Below, piece by piece: positions 17,235-26,422 of a DNA stretch of 32,000 nucleotides. The notes under the pieces were generated by a model. That model did not search any database, was not told the origin of the DNA, and saw only the letters and a program-made list of their open reading frames with translations. Numbering within the stretch: position 1 is the stretch's first letter; each line of letters starts with the position of its first letter. The stretch comes from Microcystis aeruginosa NIES-843 (lineage in GTDB: Bacteria; Cyanobacteriota; Cyanobacteriia; Cyanobacteriales; Microcystaceae), in assembly GCF_000010625.1 (NCBI RefSeq), contig NC_010296.1, positions 3,390,001 through 3,422,000 on the forward strand. Reading direction: 5' to 3'. The position numbers were made by a program, and so were the translations under genes.

Positions 17235-19136
17235 ATGACTAACTTTAACTTGGTAAATAACTCTCTAAGTCGTTATGACACTCGACATTTAGTTATGTTT
17301 AGTGGCAAAGGAGGAGTGGGAAAAACCACCCTTTCCTGTGGATTTGCTCGCCGTTGGGCTAAATTATTTCCCGAGGAACAAATCCTGTTAATCTCAACCG
17401 ATCCTGCTCATTCTTTAGGGGATGTATTGCAAACAGAAGTTAGCGATCAAGCATCACCTGTAAAAGACTTACCCAACTTAAAAGTTAGGGCATTAGATGC
17501 GGAAAAATTGCTCTTAGAATTTAAAGAAAAATACGGAAAATTTTTAGAACTTTTAGTAGAACGGGGCAGTTTTGTTGAAGGAGAAGATTTAACTCCTGTT
17601 TGGGATTTAGACTGGCCAGGTTTAGATGAAATTATGGGTCTATTAGAAATTCAACGATTACTTATTGACAATGTTGTAGATCGAATTGTTGTTGATATGG
17701 CTCCCTCTGGTCATACCTTGAATTTATTGGGAATTAAAGACTTTTTAGAGATTATTTTAAATTCTTTAGAGTTGTTTCAAGAAAAACATCGTGTTATTTC
17801 GCAAACTTTTTCAAAAACCTACAATGCCGATGATGTGGATGACTTTTTAGTCAAAACACAAGCAGAATTAACCGAAGGCAAACGAATCCTACAAGATCGG
17901 GATTTTACCCTTTGTTTAATTGTGGCAATTGCCGAACCGATGAGTTTATTAGAAACCGAACGATTACTCAATAGTTTGCATCACTTAAATATTCCCTGCG
18001 GCAGCTTATTTATTAATCGAATTCTAACGGATCCTAATCAAAATTTAGATCGCTATAGTGAGCAACAGCAACTCCTGGATAAATTCCTAAAAATTCCAGG
18101 TCAAGAGACAATTTTCACCCTGCCCCAACAATCAAAAGAACCCCTAGGAGGTGAGGCATTAGATCAGATCATGAGTCAAATTAAAATCATCGAAAAAGTA
18201 GAATTTACTCCCCCGCCTCCTATTCAATGGCCGCAAAAAATTCTGCCGAGTTTTAGTGATTTTATTGACGACAAACGCCAACTCATTATCATTGGTGGCA
18301 AGGGTGGGGTGGGAAAAACCACCGTTGCCGCGGCCATTGGTTGGGCGTTAGCTAATCGTCATCCCGATCAAAAAATTAGAATTATTTCTATTGATCCAGC
18401 GCATTCTTTGGGAGATGCCTTTGGGACAAAGTTAGGACATCAATCCACACAATTAACTGATAATTTAAGTGGTCAAGAAGTTGACGCTAATATCATTTTA
18501 GAAAAATTTCGGGATGATTATTTATGGGAACTGGCAGAAATGATTAGTGGTGAAGGTAAGGAAGAAGGAAACATCAAACTAGCTTATACTCCGGAAGCTT
18601 GGCGACAAATTGTAGCTCAATCTCTGCCAGGAATTGATGAAATGTTATCCCTAGTAACAGTGATGGATTTATTAGACCAGAAACAACAAGATTTGATTAT
18701 TTTAGATACGGCTCCTACCGGTCATCTCCTGCGATTTTTGGAAATGCCAACGGCTTTAGGAGATTGGTTAAGTTGGATTTTTAAGCTTTGGATGAAGTAT
18801 CAAAATGTCTTAGGGCGTGTAGATTTAATGGGACGGTTGCGAATCTTAAGACAACAGGTGATGTCTGCCCAGAAAAAACTAAAAGACCCCCAACATACAG
18901 AATTTATTGGAGTTTTGCAAGCCCAAGATGCTATAGTTGCCGAACAACTGCGATTGACAGCATCTTTGAAAAAAATGGGAGTCTATCAACGTTATGTCGT
19001 GCAGAATCGTTATCACGCTAATGAGGAAATTGATTGGGATTTATTCCCAGATCAAACTTTGATTCGCTTACCCAGTTTACCCCGGTCAGTAGAACCTCTA
19101 GCCCGGGTAAAAAGCGCGGCAGATCTGTTATTTTAA
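17235..19136 (+). CDS. Tandem two-domain ArsA/Get3 (TRC40)-family ATPase with no ars context
   Basis: 633 aa with two homologous halves. The N half has FSGKGGVGKTT, STDPAHSLGD and VDMAPSGHTLNLL. The C half has IGGKGGVGKTT, SIDPAHSLGD and LDTAPTGHLLRFL. It starts 12 nt after the gvpW stop on the same strand. The C half contains no cysteine. Confidence 0.85.
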   Translation: MTNFNLVNNSLSRYDTRHLVMFSGKGGVGKTTLSCGFARRWAKLFPEEQILLISTDPAHSLGDVLQTEVSDQASPVKDLPNLKVRALDAEKLLLEFKEKYGKFLELLVERGSFVEGEDLTPVWDLDWPGLDEIMGLLEIQRLLIDNVVDRIVVDMAPSGHTLNLLGIKDFLEIILNSLELFQEKHRVISQTFSKTYNADDVDDFLVKTQAELTEGKRILQDRDFTLCLIVAIAEPMSLLETERLLNSLHHLNIPCGSLFINRILTDPNQNLDRYSEQQQLLDKFLKIPGQETIFTLPQQSKEPLGGEALDQIMSQIKIIEKVEFTPPPPIQWPQKILPSFSDFIDDKRQLIIIGGKGGVGKTTVAAAIGWALANRHPDQKIRIISIDPAHSLGDAFGTKLGHQSTQLTDNLSGQEVDANIILEKFRDDYLWELAEMISGEGKEEGNIKLAYTPEAWRQIVAQSLPGIDEMLSLVTVMDLLDQKQQDLIILDTAPTGHLLRFLEMPTALGDWLSWIFKLWMKYQNVLGRVDLMGRLRILRQQVMSAQKKLKDPQHTEFIGVLQAQDAIVAEQLRLTASLKKMGVYQRYVVQNRYHANEEIDWDLFPDQTLIRLPSLPRSVEPLARVKSAADLLF

Positions 19137-19192
19137 AGGTAATTAGTCTGCTCAAGTCGGACTTCTTCACCCCATCTATCACCCAGTCCCCA

Positions 19193-19314
19193 CGGCAATT
19201 CTCATTTTGAAACGATTTTGCGTTGTTTCAGCGATCTAGAGACTCGTTAAGAATTATTAACCCCTCTAGGTGCAAGGGTTTTAATGTCATGAAACCTTAA
19301 AATGAGAATTGCTG
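19193..19314. mobile_element. MITE family C (122 bp, 16-bp TIR, 9-bp TSD)
   Basis: The TIRs are CGGCAATTCTCATTTT (19193..19208) and AAAATGAGAATTGCTG (19299..19314), matching at 15 of 16 positions. The direct repeat CAGTCCCCA flanks both ends (19184..19192 and 19315..19323). Confidence 0.8.
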
Positions 19315-19350
19315 CAGTCCCCATCTTTCACTTGACTCAGGAGAAATTTT

Positions 19351-21195
19351 ATGGCAGAATTATTCAAAGGCTTCGAGCAATTATTCGAACTGGCTAAAAT
19401 CTTGGAAGAGAAACTGGAAAAAGGGGAAATTAAAACCGAAATGCAATTTAATTCCCGTCCCTTGAGTAATATTCCCCGTTCTGGCGGTATTCCCCGTTCA
19501 GGGGCAGTTTCTCGTCCGAGCAATTCTGGCGGGGATGATTTTGAGGTCAATCGCAATCGGTCATCTCCCACTGATTCAGGGGTTGAAGACACTGTGACAC
19601 CGCCCGAAGGACCGACCACGGCTTCCCTTAAAGATGTTGGTGGATTGACGGAAGTGATTAAAGAACTCAAAGAACTAATTGCCATTCCTCTGAAACGCCC
19701 TGACTTGTTGGCCAAGTTAGGACTGGAACCCACTCGCGGCGTTCTCTTAGTCGGACCCCCTGGAACCGGTAAAACCCTGACCGCCCGTGCTTTGGCCGAA
19801 GAACTCGGTGTTAACTATATTGCCTTAGTCGGACCAGAGGTGATTAGCAAATATTATGGGGAAGCCGAGCAAAAACTGCGGGGAATTTTTGAGAAAGCCA
19901 GTAAGAATGCGCCTTGTATCGTTTTTATTGACGAAATTGATAGCATGGCACCCGACCGCAGTAAAGTTGAAGGGGAAGTAGAAAAAAGACTGGTAGCCCA
20001 ATTGCTGGGTTTAATGGATGGCTTTGCCCAAAGCCAAGGGGTGATTGTTCTAGCGGCGACAAACCGTCCCGACCATCTTGACCCTGCCCTCCGTCGTCCC
20101 GGACGGTTTGACCGAGAAGTCCTCTTTCGGGTGCCTGACCGCAAGGGTCGTTTAGAAATCCTCCAAATTCTCACCCGTTCCATGCCCCTAGATGAATCAG
20201 TTTCCTTAGATCTGATTGCCGATAATGCGGTGGGATTTGTCGGGTCAGATTTAAAAGCCGTTTGCCAGAAAGCGGCCTATAGTGCTTTGCGGCGCCAGGT
20301 TCCTACGATTGACTCGCGAATTCCAGAAACAATGACGGTAGTCCAAGCCGACTTTTTGCAAGCCCTTAAAGAAGTTAAACCGGCGGTATTGCGGTCTGTG
20401 GAAGTGGAGTCTCCCCATGTGGACTGGGACAATATTGGCGGACTTGAACAGATTAAACAAACCCTACAGGAGTCCGTGGAAGGGGCATTACTCCATCCGC
20501 AATTATATACGCAAACTAAAGCCCAAGCTCCCAAAGGTATTTTACTTTGGGGTCCCCCCGGAACGGGAAAAACCTTATTGGCCAAAGCGGTGGCATCTCA
20601 GGCGCGAGCTAATTTTATCAGTATTAATGGACCTGAGCTTTTGAGTAAATGGGTGGGGGCCAGTGAACAGGCAGTGCGTGAGTTGTTTGCCAAAGCTCGT
20701 CAGGCAGCCCCTTGTGTGGTTTTTATTGATGAAATTGATACTTTAGCACCGGCAAGAGGTCGTTATAGTGGAGATTCAGGAGTGAGTGACCGGGTTGTGG
20801 GACAAATCCTCACGGAGTTAGATGGGTTGCAAACGGCGGCAACGATTTTAGTGATTGGAGCCACTAATCGCCCAGATGCTTTAGATCCAGCCTTATTGCG
20901 AGCGGGACGGTTAGATTTACAGTTAAAAGTTGATTTACCCAATGCCTCCAGTCGTTTAGCAATTCTGGGGGTTCATAATGATGAACGTCCTTTAGAGGAT
21001 GTGGATTTAGGCTATTGGGCCGAGGCAACCGAAGGCTGGAATGGCGCAGATTTAGCGTTATTATGTAACCAAGCGGCACTGATGGCAATTCGTCGTTATC
21101 GCCATCAGGGAATGACTGACCCGGCTGAGATTCGCATTACAACGGCTGATTTTAATCATGCTTACCAACTGTTGGTTGAACAGCGTGCCAATTGA
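19351..21195 (+). CDS. Double-AAA+ ATPase, Cdc48/p97-like (D1+D2) with a low-complexity N-terminus
   Basis: 614 aa. Walker A GPPGTGKT occurs twice and Walker B FIDEID twice. Pore-loop-like motifs are KYYGEAE and KWVGASE. SRH-like motifs are ATNRPDHLDPALRRPGRFD and ATNRPDALDPALLRAGRLD. The first ~100 aa are Ser/Pro/Gly-rich (IPRSGGIPRSGA) rather than a Cdc48 N-domain. AGGAG lies upstream of the ATG. Confidence 0.88.
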   Translation: MAELFKGFEQLFELAKILEEKLEKGEIKTEMQFNSRPLSNIPRSGGIPRSGAVSRPSNSGGDDFEVNRNRSSPTDSGVEDTVTPPEGPTTASLKDVGGLTEVIKELKELIAIPLKRPDLLAKLGLEPTRGVLLVGPPGTGKTLTARALAEELGVNYIALVGPEVISKYYGEAEQKLRGIFEKASKNAPCIVFIDEIDSMAPDRSKVEGEVEKRLVAQLLGLMDGFAQSQGVIVLAATNRPDHLDPALRRPGRFDREVLFRVPDRKGRLEILQILTRSMPLDESVSLDLIADNAVGFVGSDLKAVCQKAAYSALRRQVPTIDSRIPETMTVVQADFLQALKEVKPAVLRSVEVESPHVDWDNIGGLEQIKQTLQESVEGALLHPQLYTQTKAQAPKGILLWGPPGTGKTLLAKAVASQARANFISINGPELLSKWVGASEQAVRELFAKARQAAPCVVFIDEIDTLAPARGRYSGDSGVSDRVVGQILTELDGLQTAATILVIGATNRPDALDPALLRAGRLDLQLKVDLPNASSRLAILGVHNDERPLEDVDLGYWAEATEGWNGADLALLCNQAALMAIRRYRHQGMTDPAEIRITTADFNHAYQLLVEQRAN

Positions 21196-21317
21196 TTTTT
21201 TTTCCCCCTTGCTTTAGTAGGGGGGAGAATCTCAATTCAGGAAAACCATCGTAAAAAGGAAAATTTTCAAAAATGTCTGCAATCATGGGTCTAATACTAA
21301 ATCCGGTTATTAAAAAC

Positions 21318-21503
21318 GGTTCTTCGGTTTGTCTTATGCAACGGACAGGGTTACAAGGAATGAAACTCTTATATAGAAAGACATTCGGGGATTTATGTCA
21401 ATTGTTTTCGATCTAGAGCGAACTAATCAATTAAGTCTCTTGCCAGATAAGGATTTAGTCGATTTATGCCCCCCTATTGAACCATACCAAGTAACGAAGA
21501 ACC
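21318..21503. mobile_element. MITE family B, copy 2 (186 bp, 8-bp TSD TTAAAAAC)
   Basis: The ends are GGTTCTTCGG... and ...CAAGTAACGAAGAACC. TTAAAAAC lies immediately on both sides (21310..21317 and 21504..21511). Confidence 0.85.
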
Positions 21504-21674
21504 TTAAAAACTGATTATTTATTTCCCCTTTTGCATGAGTGCCTATCCTGATATGTAGCCTATACTCAACGGATTTAGTATAACTTTGTCTTGATAATTT
21601 ACAAAACGATTGGAACCTGAAGAAGAAAAATTATTACGGGGTTTAACTGACAGTGTTTCTCAAAAAACTGATGT

Positions 21675-23282
21675 TTACTTTTCCTGTTGTCTTCTTGTTG
21701 CTAATTGGTCTAAAATTTCGGCGTGAACTTGGCGAGTAATTGGATAAAAATAGGCAAGAATTAAGCTAATGATCAGAAAAAATGCTGGTAAAGGGGCAAT
21801 TGCTAGGCGAATTGCTATTAAAGCACTATCTGGCTGCAGGGGAATTGCTTCTCCTGGGATTCTCGGTTTAAAACCCGATGTTTCTAGAGCAATACCGACA
21901 AGAAATAACCCCAAAGCTAGACCAATTTTTTGCAAAAGTACCATGAAAGCATAAAAAATACCTTCTCGACGTTTTCCTGTTTCTAATTCGTCTAATTCAA
22001 TCACATCGGGAACCATTGACCAAGGAATTAAATAGGCCACAGATACGCCAAATCCCGCCAAAACTGCCAAAGCATACATTAAAGTTATTTCTCCTGGTTG
22101 GAGCAAAAATAAACCAATTTGGGCAATAATCCAGAATGTCATCCCTAAAAAATAGACTATCTTTTTGTCTAATTTCTGACTAACTGCTTGCCAGAAAAAT
22201 AACATCACTAAAGCTGTTCCCTGTACTGCCAAAGCGACTAAACCCGATTCTGCTTCCGATAGTCTCATGTAGCTGACGACGTAGTAAACCAAAATCGAGG
22301 CGGTTAATTGTACTCCTAACCAAGCACAAAGATAGATGCCAATAACGTATAAAAAGGGACGATTACCAAAAACTATTTTTAATTGTTCTTTCAGGGGAAT
22401 AGTTTCGGTATTATTATCCGCTTCTCTCTGTTTAATTGCTGCGCTATCCTTGAGATGATTTTCAGTTTTGCCATAGTAAAGGGTTAACCCCGAAACTATC
22501 CCTTGTATTCCTAATAAAATTGTGGAAATAGCGATAAAGTCTCTGGGATTCACCCCAATTTTTCCTAGTCCATAGACCAAGGAAAGCGCACCGATAACTA
22601 TAAAAGCAATTGCCAAAACTTTTTTCTGGGGAGAATTGAGAATCGCTTTTGCTCCTCGTTCTTGTAAAGCTAAAGCGCACCAAATAACTGCTATAATCGA
22701 CATTAAAGCACAAACTACACCTAACAATAAAAAAGCTTGATGGAGATCGTTGGCATAGGACGATGAGACGATAATATAGAGAATTAATGAGAGAATGCTG
22801 CCCCCGATGGAAAAGGCAAAACGAAAACTATTTAAGCGGGTTCTCTCATTATAATCATAAGTTAATTCAGGGGTGAGTGCCTGGTAAGGAAGATTGACTA
22901 CTGTATAGGTTAAATTAAAGATAATGCCGATAAAAATATAATATAAAAATAGCCATAATTGGTTATTAGTCGGGATTAACCACAGTAAAAAATAGCTAAT
23001 TCCGAAGGGAATCGACCCCAATAACATCCATGGTAAGCGACGACCCCAGATAGTACGAGTTCGATCGCTCCACATGCCAATAATCGGATCGTTAATAGCG
23101 TCGAAAATTCTCACCACCATCAGCACACTACCAGCTAATCCTGCCGATAATCCTGCCACATCAGTGAGGAAAAATAGCAGGTAAAATACCGAGATATTGG
23201 CAGTGATAGCCGGTCCCAAATCCCCCGCACCATAGGCGATTTTTGTGGTTAAATTGAGTCTTTCAGAAGTCAAATGAGCCAT
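21675..23282 (-). CDS. MFS transporter, glycoside-pentoside-hexuronide (GPH):cation symporter-like
   Basis: 535 aa with about 12 or more hydrophobic helices. The N-terminal motif MWSDRTRTIWGRRLPWML resembles the GPH/MelB-family signature. Confidence 0.7.
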   Translation of the reverse strand: MAHLTSERLNLTTKIAYGAGDLGPAITANISVFYLLFFLTDVAGLSAGLAGSVLMVVRIFDAINDPIIGMWSDRTRTIWGRRLPWMLLGSIPFGISYFLLWLIPTNNQLWLFLYYIFIGIIFNLTYTVVNLPYQALTPELTYDYNERTRLNSFRFAFSIGGSILSLILYIIVSSSYANDLHQAFLLLGVVCALMSIIAVIWCALALQERGAKAILNSPQKKVLAIAFIVIGALSLVYGLGKIGVNPRDFIAISTILLGIQGIVSGLTLYYGKTENHLKDSAAIKQREADNNTETIPLKEQLKIVFGNRPFLYVIGIYLCAWLGVQLTASILVYYVVSYMRLSEAESGLVALAVQGTALVMLFFWQAVSQKLDKKIVYFLGMTFWIIAQIGLFLLQPGEITLMYALAVLAGFGVSVAYLIPWSMVPDVIELDELETGKRREGIFYAFMVLLQKIGLALGLFLVGIALETSGFKPRIPGEAIPLQPDSALIAIRLAIAPLPAFFLIISLILAYFYPITRQVHAEILDQLATRRQQEK

Positions 23283-23378
23283 AAAAGCAATTATAGAGAC
23301 TAAAATAAGCTTAACTGTTCTGGGAGCAGTTGAGGAACTTTAATTTTTTTTGTCTCTAGTAATTCCTGAAAATATCTA

Positions 23379-23612
<234 letters not shown>

Positions 23613-23814
23613 TATCTAGCGTTAAAAGGGAAGATTCCCCGATGACACAAGGGACAAAGAAATAGCTTGATCTTTGGCATCCCGGAAAATTCTGACTATT
23701 TCCCCGTCCTTCACTTTTTATCTATCGCCTTGACCAGCATTATGAGCTAAACTGACTAATATCAGTTATTTTAGCTATCAGCATCGGAATTCCCCTTATT
23801 CTGGCAGTTAAGTA

Positions 23815-24027
23815 GGGTCTGCTGAAAAAGTTTTTCCTGGGGGCAGGGTGTGGGGTGTGGGGTGTGGGGTGTGGGGTTTTACCGGTTTTGAGGTGGCCAA
23901 TTACCTAATTTTCAGGGAAAAAGTCCCGGAATTTTCCCCCTGATCACTCCCATGCCGGGTACTTTTTGATTGACAAAAAGTCTAAAAGTCTTACCCAACA
24001 AGGTTTTTAGATTTATTCAGCCAACCC
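23815..24027. mobile_element. MITE family A, copy 2 (213 bp, TA-flanked)
   Basis: The ends are TA|GGGTCTGCTGAA and TTCAGCCAACCC|TA. It is collinear with copy 1 over its full length and has a (GGGGTGT)n run at 23839..23876. Confidence 0.8.
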
Positions 24028-24060
24028 TAAGTAGGTGGGTGGAATTAAATATAAGATGAA

Positions 24061-24127
24061 CGTAGGTTGGGTTGAAGCATGAAACCCAACTCCCGCATGG
24101 GTTACGCTACCGCTAACCCATCCTACA
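24061..24127. repeat. Compound palindromic element (two 8-bp-stem hairpins enclosed by GTAGG/CCTAC)
   Basis: One hairpin pairs GTTGGGTT (24066-24073) with AACCCAAC (24083-24090). The other pairs ATGGGTTA (24097-24104) with TAACCCAT (24114-24121). The outer arms are GTAGG and CCTAC. Confidence 0.6.
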
Positions 24128-24310
24128 AATAATTGTGCCTCCCTACTTACAAGCGAGAAGATCGCCCAGATTGTTCTTTTTCGGACTGTTAGCGGTTAGG
24201 ATCTATTACTGGGGAGACGATCGAAATAGATCAAGAAAGTGTGATAGTACAGATAAGAGATCGGGGAAAATTTTTTCGCCAAACCTAAAACTTTTTGACG
24301 CTGACGTTCT

Positions 24311-24631
24311 ATGATGCCTCATATCTTCCTATTTTTAGAGATTTTTTCCCAAGAAGGCGGTATTCAATCATATATCAAGGATGTCCTGCAAGCTTATCTC
24401 ACTTTGCCCGATTGCGAGGCGGCCGAGGTTTTTTTACTGCGGGATGCCCCTGATTGTCCTAATCCTTTCAAAAATCAAGGTATTACCTTTCATTACCTGA
24501 AAAATAACTCAGCAACTCTCGGACGCATTCAATTAGCCCTTAAGTTTCTAGTTTCTCTCCTCCGGAAACGTCCCCAACGGGTTTTTTGTGGTCATATAAA
24601 TTTAGCCCCCCTCTTTGTCACTCATTATTAA
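24311..24631 (+). pseudogene. Truncated glycosyltransferase (GT4-type N-terminal ~100 aa only)
   Basis: MPHIFLFLEIFSQEGGIQSYIKDVLQAY...RPQRVFCGHINLAPL resembles the N-terminal domain of GT4 glycosyltransferases, which are normally about 350-400 aa. The ORF stops after 106 aa, 20 nt before glsA. Confidence 0.5.
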
Positions 24632-24651
24632 GATAACTGCTATACTCCTCT

Positions 24652-25668
24652 ATGGCTTCCCCAAAAGATTTTATTAGTCCGGTCAATTCTGGTCAAAAGT
24701 TGGTCTATCCTTTTCGCAACTATCTTAACTATCTTCACGACAAATACTCTGATTTACAGACGGGTAAGATCGCCGATTATATTCCTGAATTAGCCCTAGC
24801 AGCTCCACAATGGTTTGGTATTTCGGTAATTACCACTGACGGTCAGATTTTTGAGGTGGGAGACTGTCAGCAAACCTTTACAGTACAATCGATTTCTAAA
24901 GCTTTTGTCTTTGGATTAGCTCTAGAAGATCACGGAAGGGAATACGTTAATAGTAAAGTCGGTGTTGAACCCACGGGGGAAGCTTTTAACTCGATTATTC
25001 TCGATGAAAAAACCAATCGTCCCTATAATCCTATGGTTAATGCTGGTGCGATCGCTACCACGGATTTAATCACCGGACAGAATGCCACAGAAAGGCTAAA
25101 ACGTATTTTAGAAATGTTTAAACGCTATACGGGTAGGGATCACGAGATTAATGTCCCCGTTTTTCTCTCGGAAAAATCCACCGGCAATCGTAATCGGGCC
25201 ATGGCCTATCTGATGCTAAATTTTGGCATGGTCAGCGATAAAATTGAAGAAACCCTCGACCTTTACTGTCAACAATGCGCCATCCTCGTCCATGCTCACG
25301 ATTTAGCCCTGATGGCCGCTACCTTGGCTAATGGAGGTGTCAACCCCATCACAGGAATACGGGCGATCGATGAACACTACGTTCAAGATGTGATCAGTGT
25401 TATGCTTACCTGTGGAATGTATGACGCTTCGGGAGAATGGGCCTATCGGGTAGGATTACCGGCAAAAAGCGGTGTCGGGGGCGGAATTACGGCAGTAGTT
25501 CCCCATCAGTTAGGAATTGGAACTTTTTCGCCCCTTTTAGATGAAAAAGGCAACAGCATCAGAGGAGTGAAAATTTGTCAAAATATTTCAGAGGATTTTG
25601 GTTTACATTTATTCAATGTGGCCAAACCAGAACGAGATTTAAAAACATGGCTTGAAGGCAATAGTTGA
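24652..25668 (+). CDS. glsA: Glutaminase
   Basis: 338 aa. The Ser-x-x-Lys site VQSISKAF, plus NPMVNAGAI and SGVGGGI, are characteristic of the glutaminase (beta-lactamase-fold) family. Confidence 0.88.
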   Translation: MASPKDFISPVNSGQKLVYPFRNYLNYLHDKYSDLQTGKIADYIPELALAAPQWFGISVITTDGQIFEVGDCQQTFTVQSISKAFVFGLALEDHGREYVNSKVGVEPTGEAFNSIILDEKTNRPYNPMVNAGAIATTDLITGQNATERLKRILEMFKRYTGRDHEINVPVFLSEKSTGNRNRAMAYLMLNFGMVSDKIEETLDLYCQQCAILVHAHDLALMAATLANGGVNPITGIRAIDEHYVQDVISVMLTCGMYDASGEWAYRVGLPAKSGVGGGITAVVPHQLGIGTFSPLLDEKGNSIRGVKICQNISEDFGLHLFNVAKPERDLKTWLEGNS

Positions 25669-25761
25669 TAGGCTGTAAGCTGTTCGTAATTTAAATTGCT
25701 TGTTGAGATGAGGCACTCTTGCAAGAGGCAAGACCCCCCCAACCCCTAGTAGGGCAAGGGG

Positions 25762-25858
25762 GAATTATGAATTATGAATTATGAATTATGAATTGGGGTG
25801 TGGGGAAGTGGAGAGTTTTCTGTTGTGAACAGTGAACAGTAAACAGTAATCAGTGAAC
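25762..25858. repeat. Heptamer microsatellite block: (GAATTAT)x4.7, GGGGTGTGGGG, (GTGAACA/GTAAACA)n
   Basis: Read directly from the sequence. The second half is near-identical to 4101..4128. Confidence 0.85.
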
Positions 25859-25979
25859 TGAAAACTCAAATCTGATCACTGATTGAAGATGGCTACCTAG
25901 CTTTTTGTCATAAATATTGATATGATTTAACAATCAGCAGCAATTTATGGTAAATATATTTATTTAGGAGAGCGAGAAA

Positions 25980-26357
25980 ATGGCTGGATTCTTTGGCCTG
26001 TTTGGCAATAAGACGAAATACGTCGATGAACCGATGGATCTGAGCGCACCGGAACCGCAAGAGGCTTTTTACTTGGAACCCGATGACGCTAAAACTCTCG
26101 GTGATATCGACTTTATGCGGACACCGATCACGATCCGACGTACTTTCCCGAAAACTGCCTCGAATAAAAAGGGTGGCGAATCGATTAAACAGATTTCTTC
26201 CATGGAAGTCAGCAAAGTCACCGATAACGGTATTGTGGCAAAATCGGCGACTTCCGAGGCTAATAGTAAAGCTAATGGTACTAATGATAACGTTCGTCGC
26301 GCTAACGATGACAGTATCAATCCTTTCCTGAAAATGGCCCGCGAAATCAAGAAATAG
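25980..26357 (+). CDS. Hypothetical protein (125 aa)
   Basis: AGGAGAG lies upstream of the ATG and a strong intrinsic terminator follows at 26399. The overlapping antisense ORFs look like low-complexity artefacts. No family recognised. Confidence 0.6.
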   Translation: MAGFFGLFGNKTKYVDEPMDLSAPEPQEAFYLEPDDAKTLGDIDFMRTPITIRRTFPKTASNKKGGESIKQISSMEVSKVTDNGIVAKSATSEANSKANGTNDNVRRANDDSINPFLKMAREIKK

Positions 26358-26398
26358 TATAGTAAGGTGAGCATTGGCCACCCTTGAGAGCAAACTTT

Positions 26399-26422
26399 GG
26401 TGGGGAAAGCCCACCTTTTTTT
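26399..26422 (+). terminator. Rho-independent terminator
   Basis: GGTGGG-gaaag-CCCACC is followed by TTTTTTT. It directly abuts the aroE ATG at 26423. Confidence 0.75.

Noticed and set aside
17235-19136. Annotating the tandem ATPase as the arsenical pump-driving ATPase ArsA of an ars operon.
   Set aside because: There is no arsB/acr3, arsC, arsR or arsD in the window. The C-terminal half has no cysteine, so the As(III)/Sb(III) allosteric site cannot be formed. Only the fold family is supported.
19287-20585. Minus-strand ORFs 19287..19733, 19854..20183, 20251..20460 and 20277..20585.
   Set aside because: They are antisense to the strongly motif-supported AAA+ gene. They are Arg/Ser/Pro-rich, low-complexity mirror-frame artefacts.
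21196-21235. The hairpin CCCCCT-tgctttagt-AGGGGG after the AAA+ gene as an intrinsic terminator.
   Set aside because: The T-run precedes rather than follows the stem on the coding strand. Related CCCCC...GGGGG motifs at 351-385 and 25735-25765 suggest a dispersed repeat family instead.
24061-24127. A tRNA-like cloverleaf formed by the double-hairpin element.
   Set aside because: It has only two arms plus a short closing stem, with no anticodon-loop, T-loop (GTTCRA) or D-loop consensus. It is better explained as a cyanobacterial palindromic repeat.
25908-26414. The 168-aa and 101-aa minus-strand ORFs and the 82-aa plus-strand ORF overlapping 25980..26357.
   Set aside because: The plus-strand 125-aa ORF has an SD sequence and is followed by a strong plus-strand intrinsic terminator. 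The alternatives have implausible composition and would run through that terminator and into aroE.
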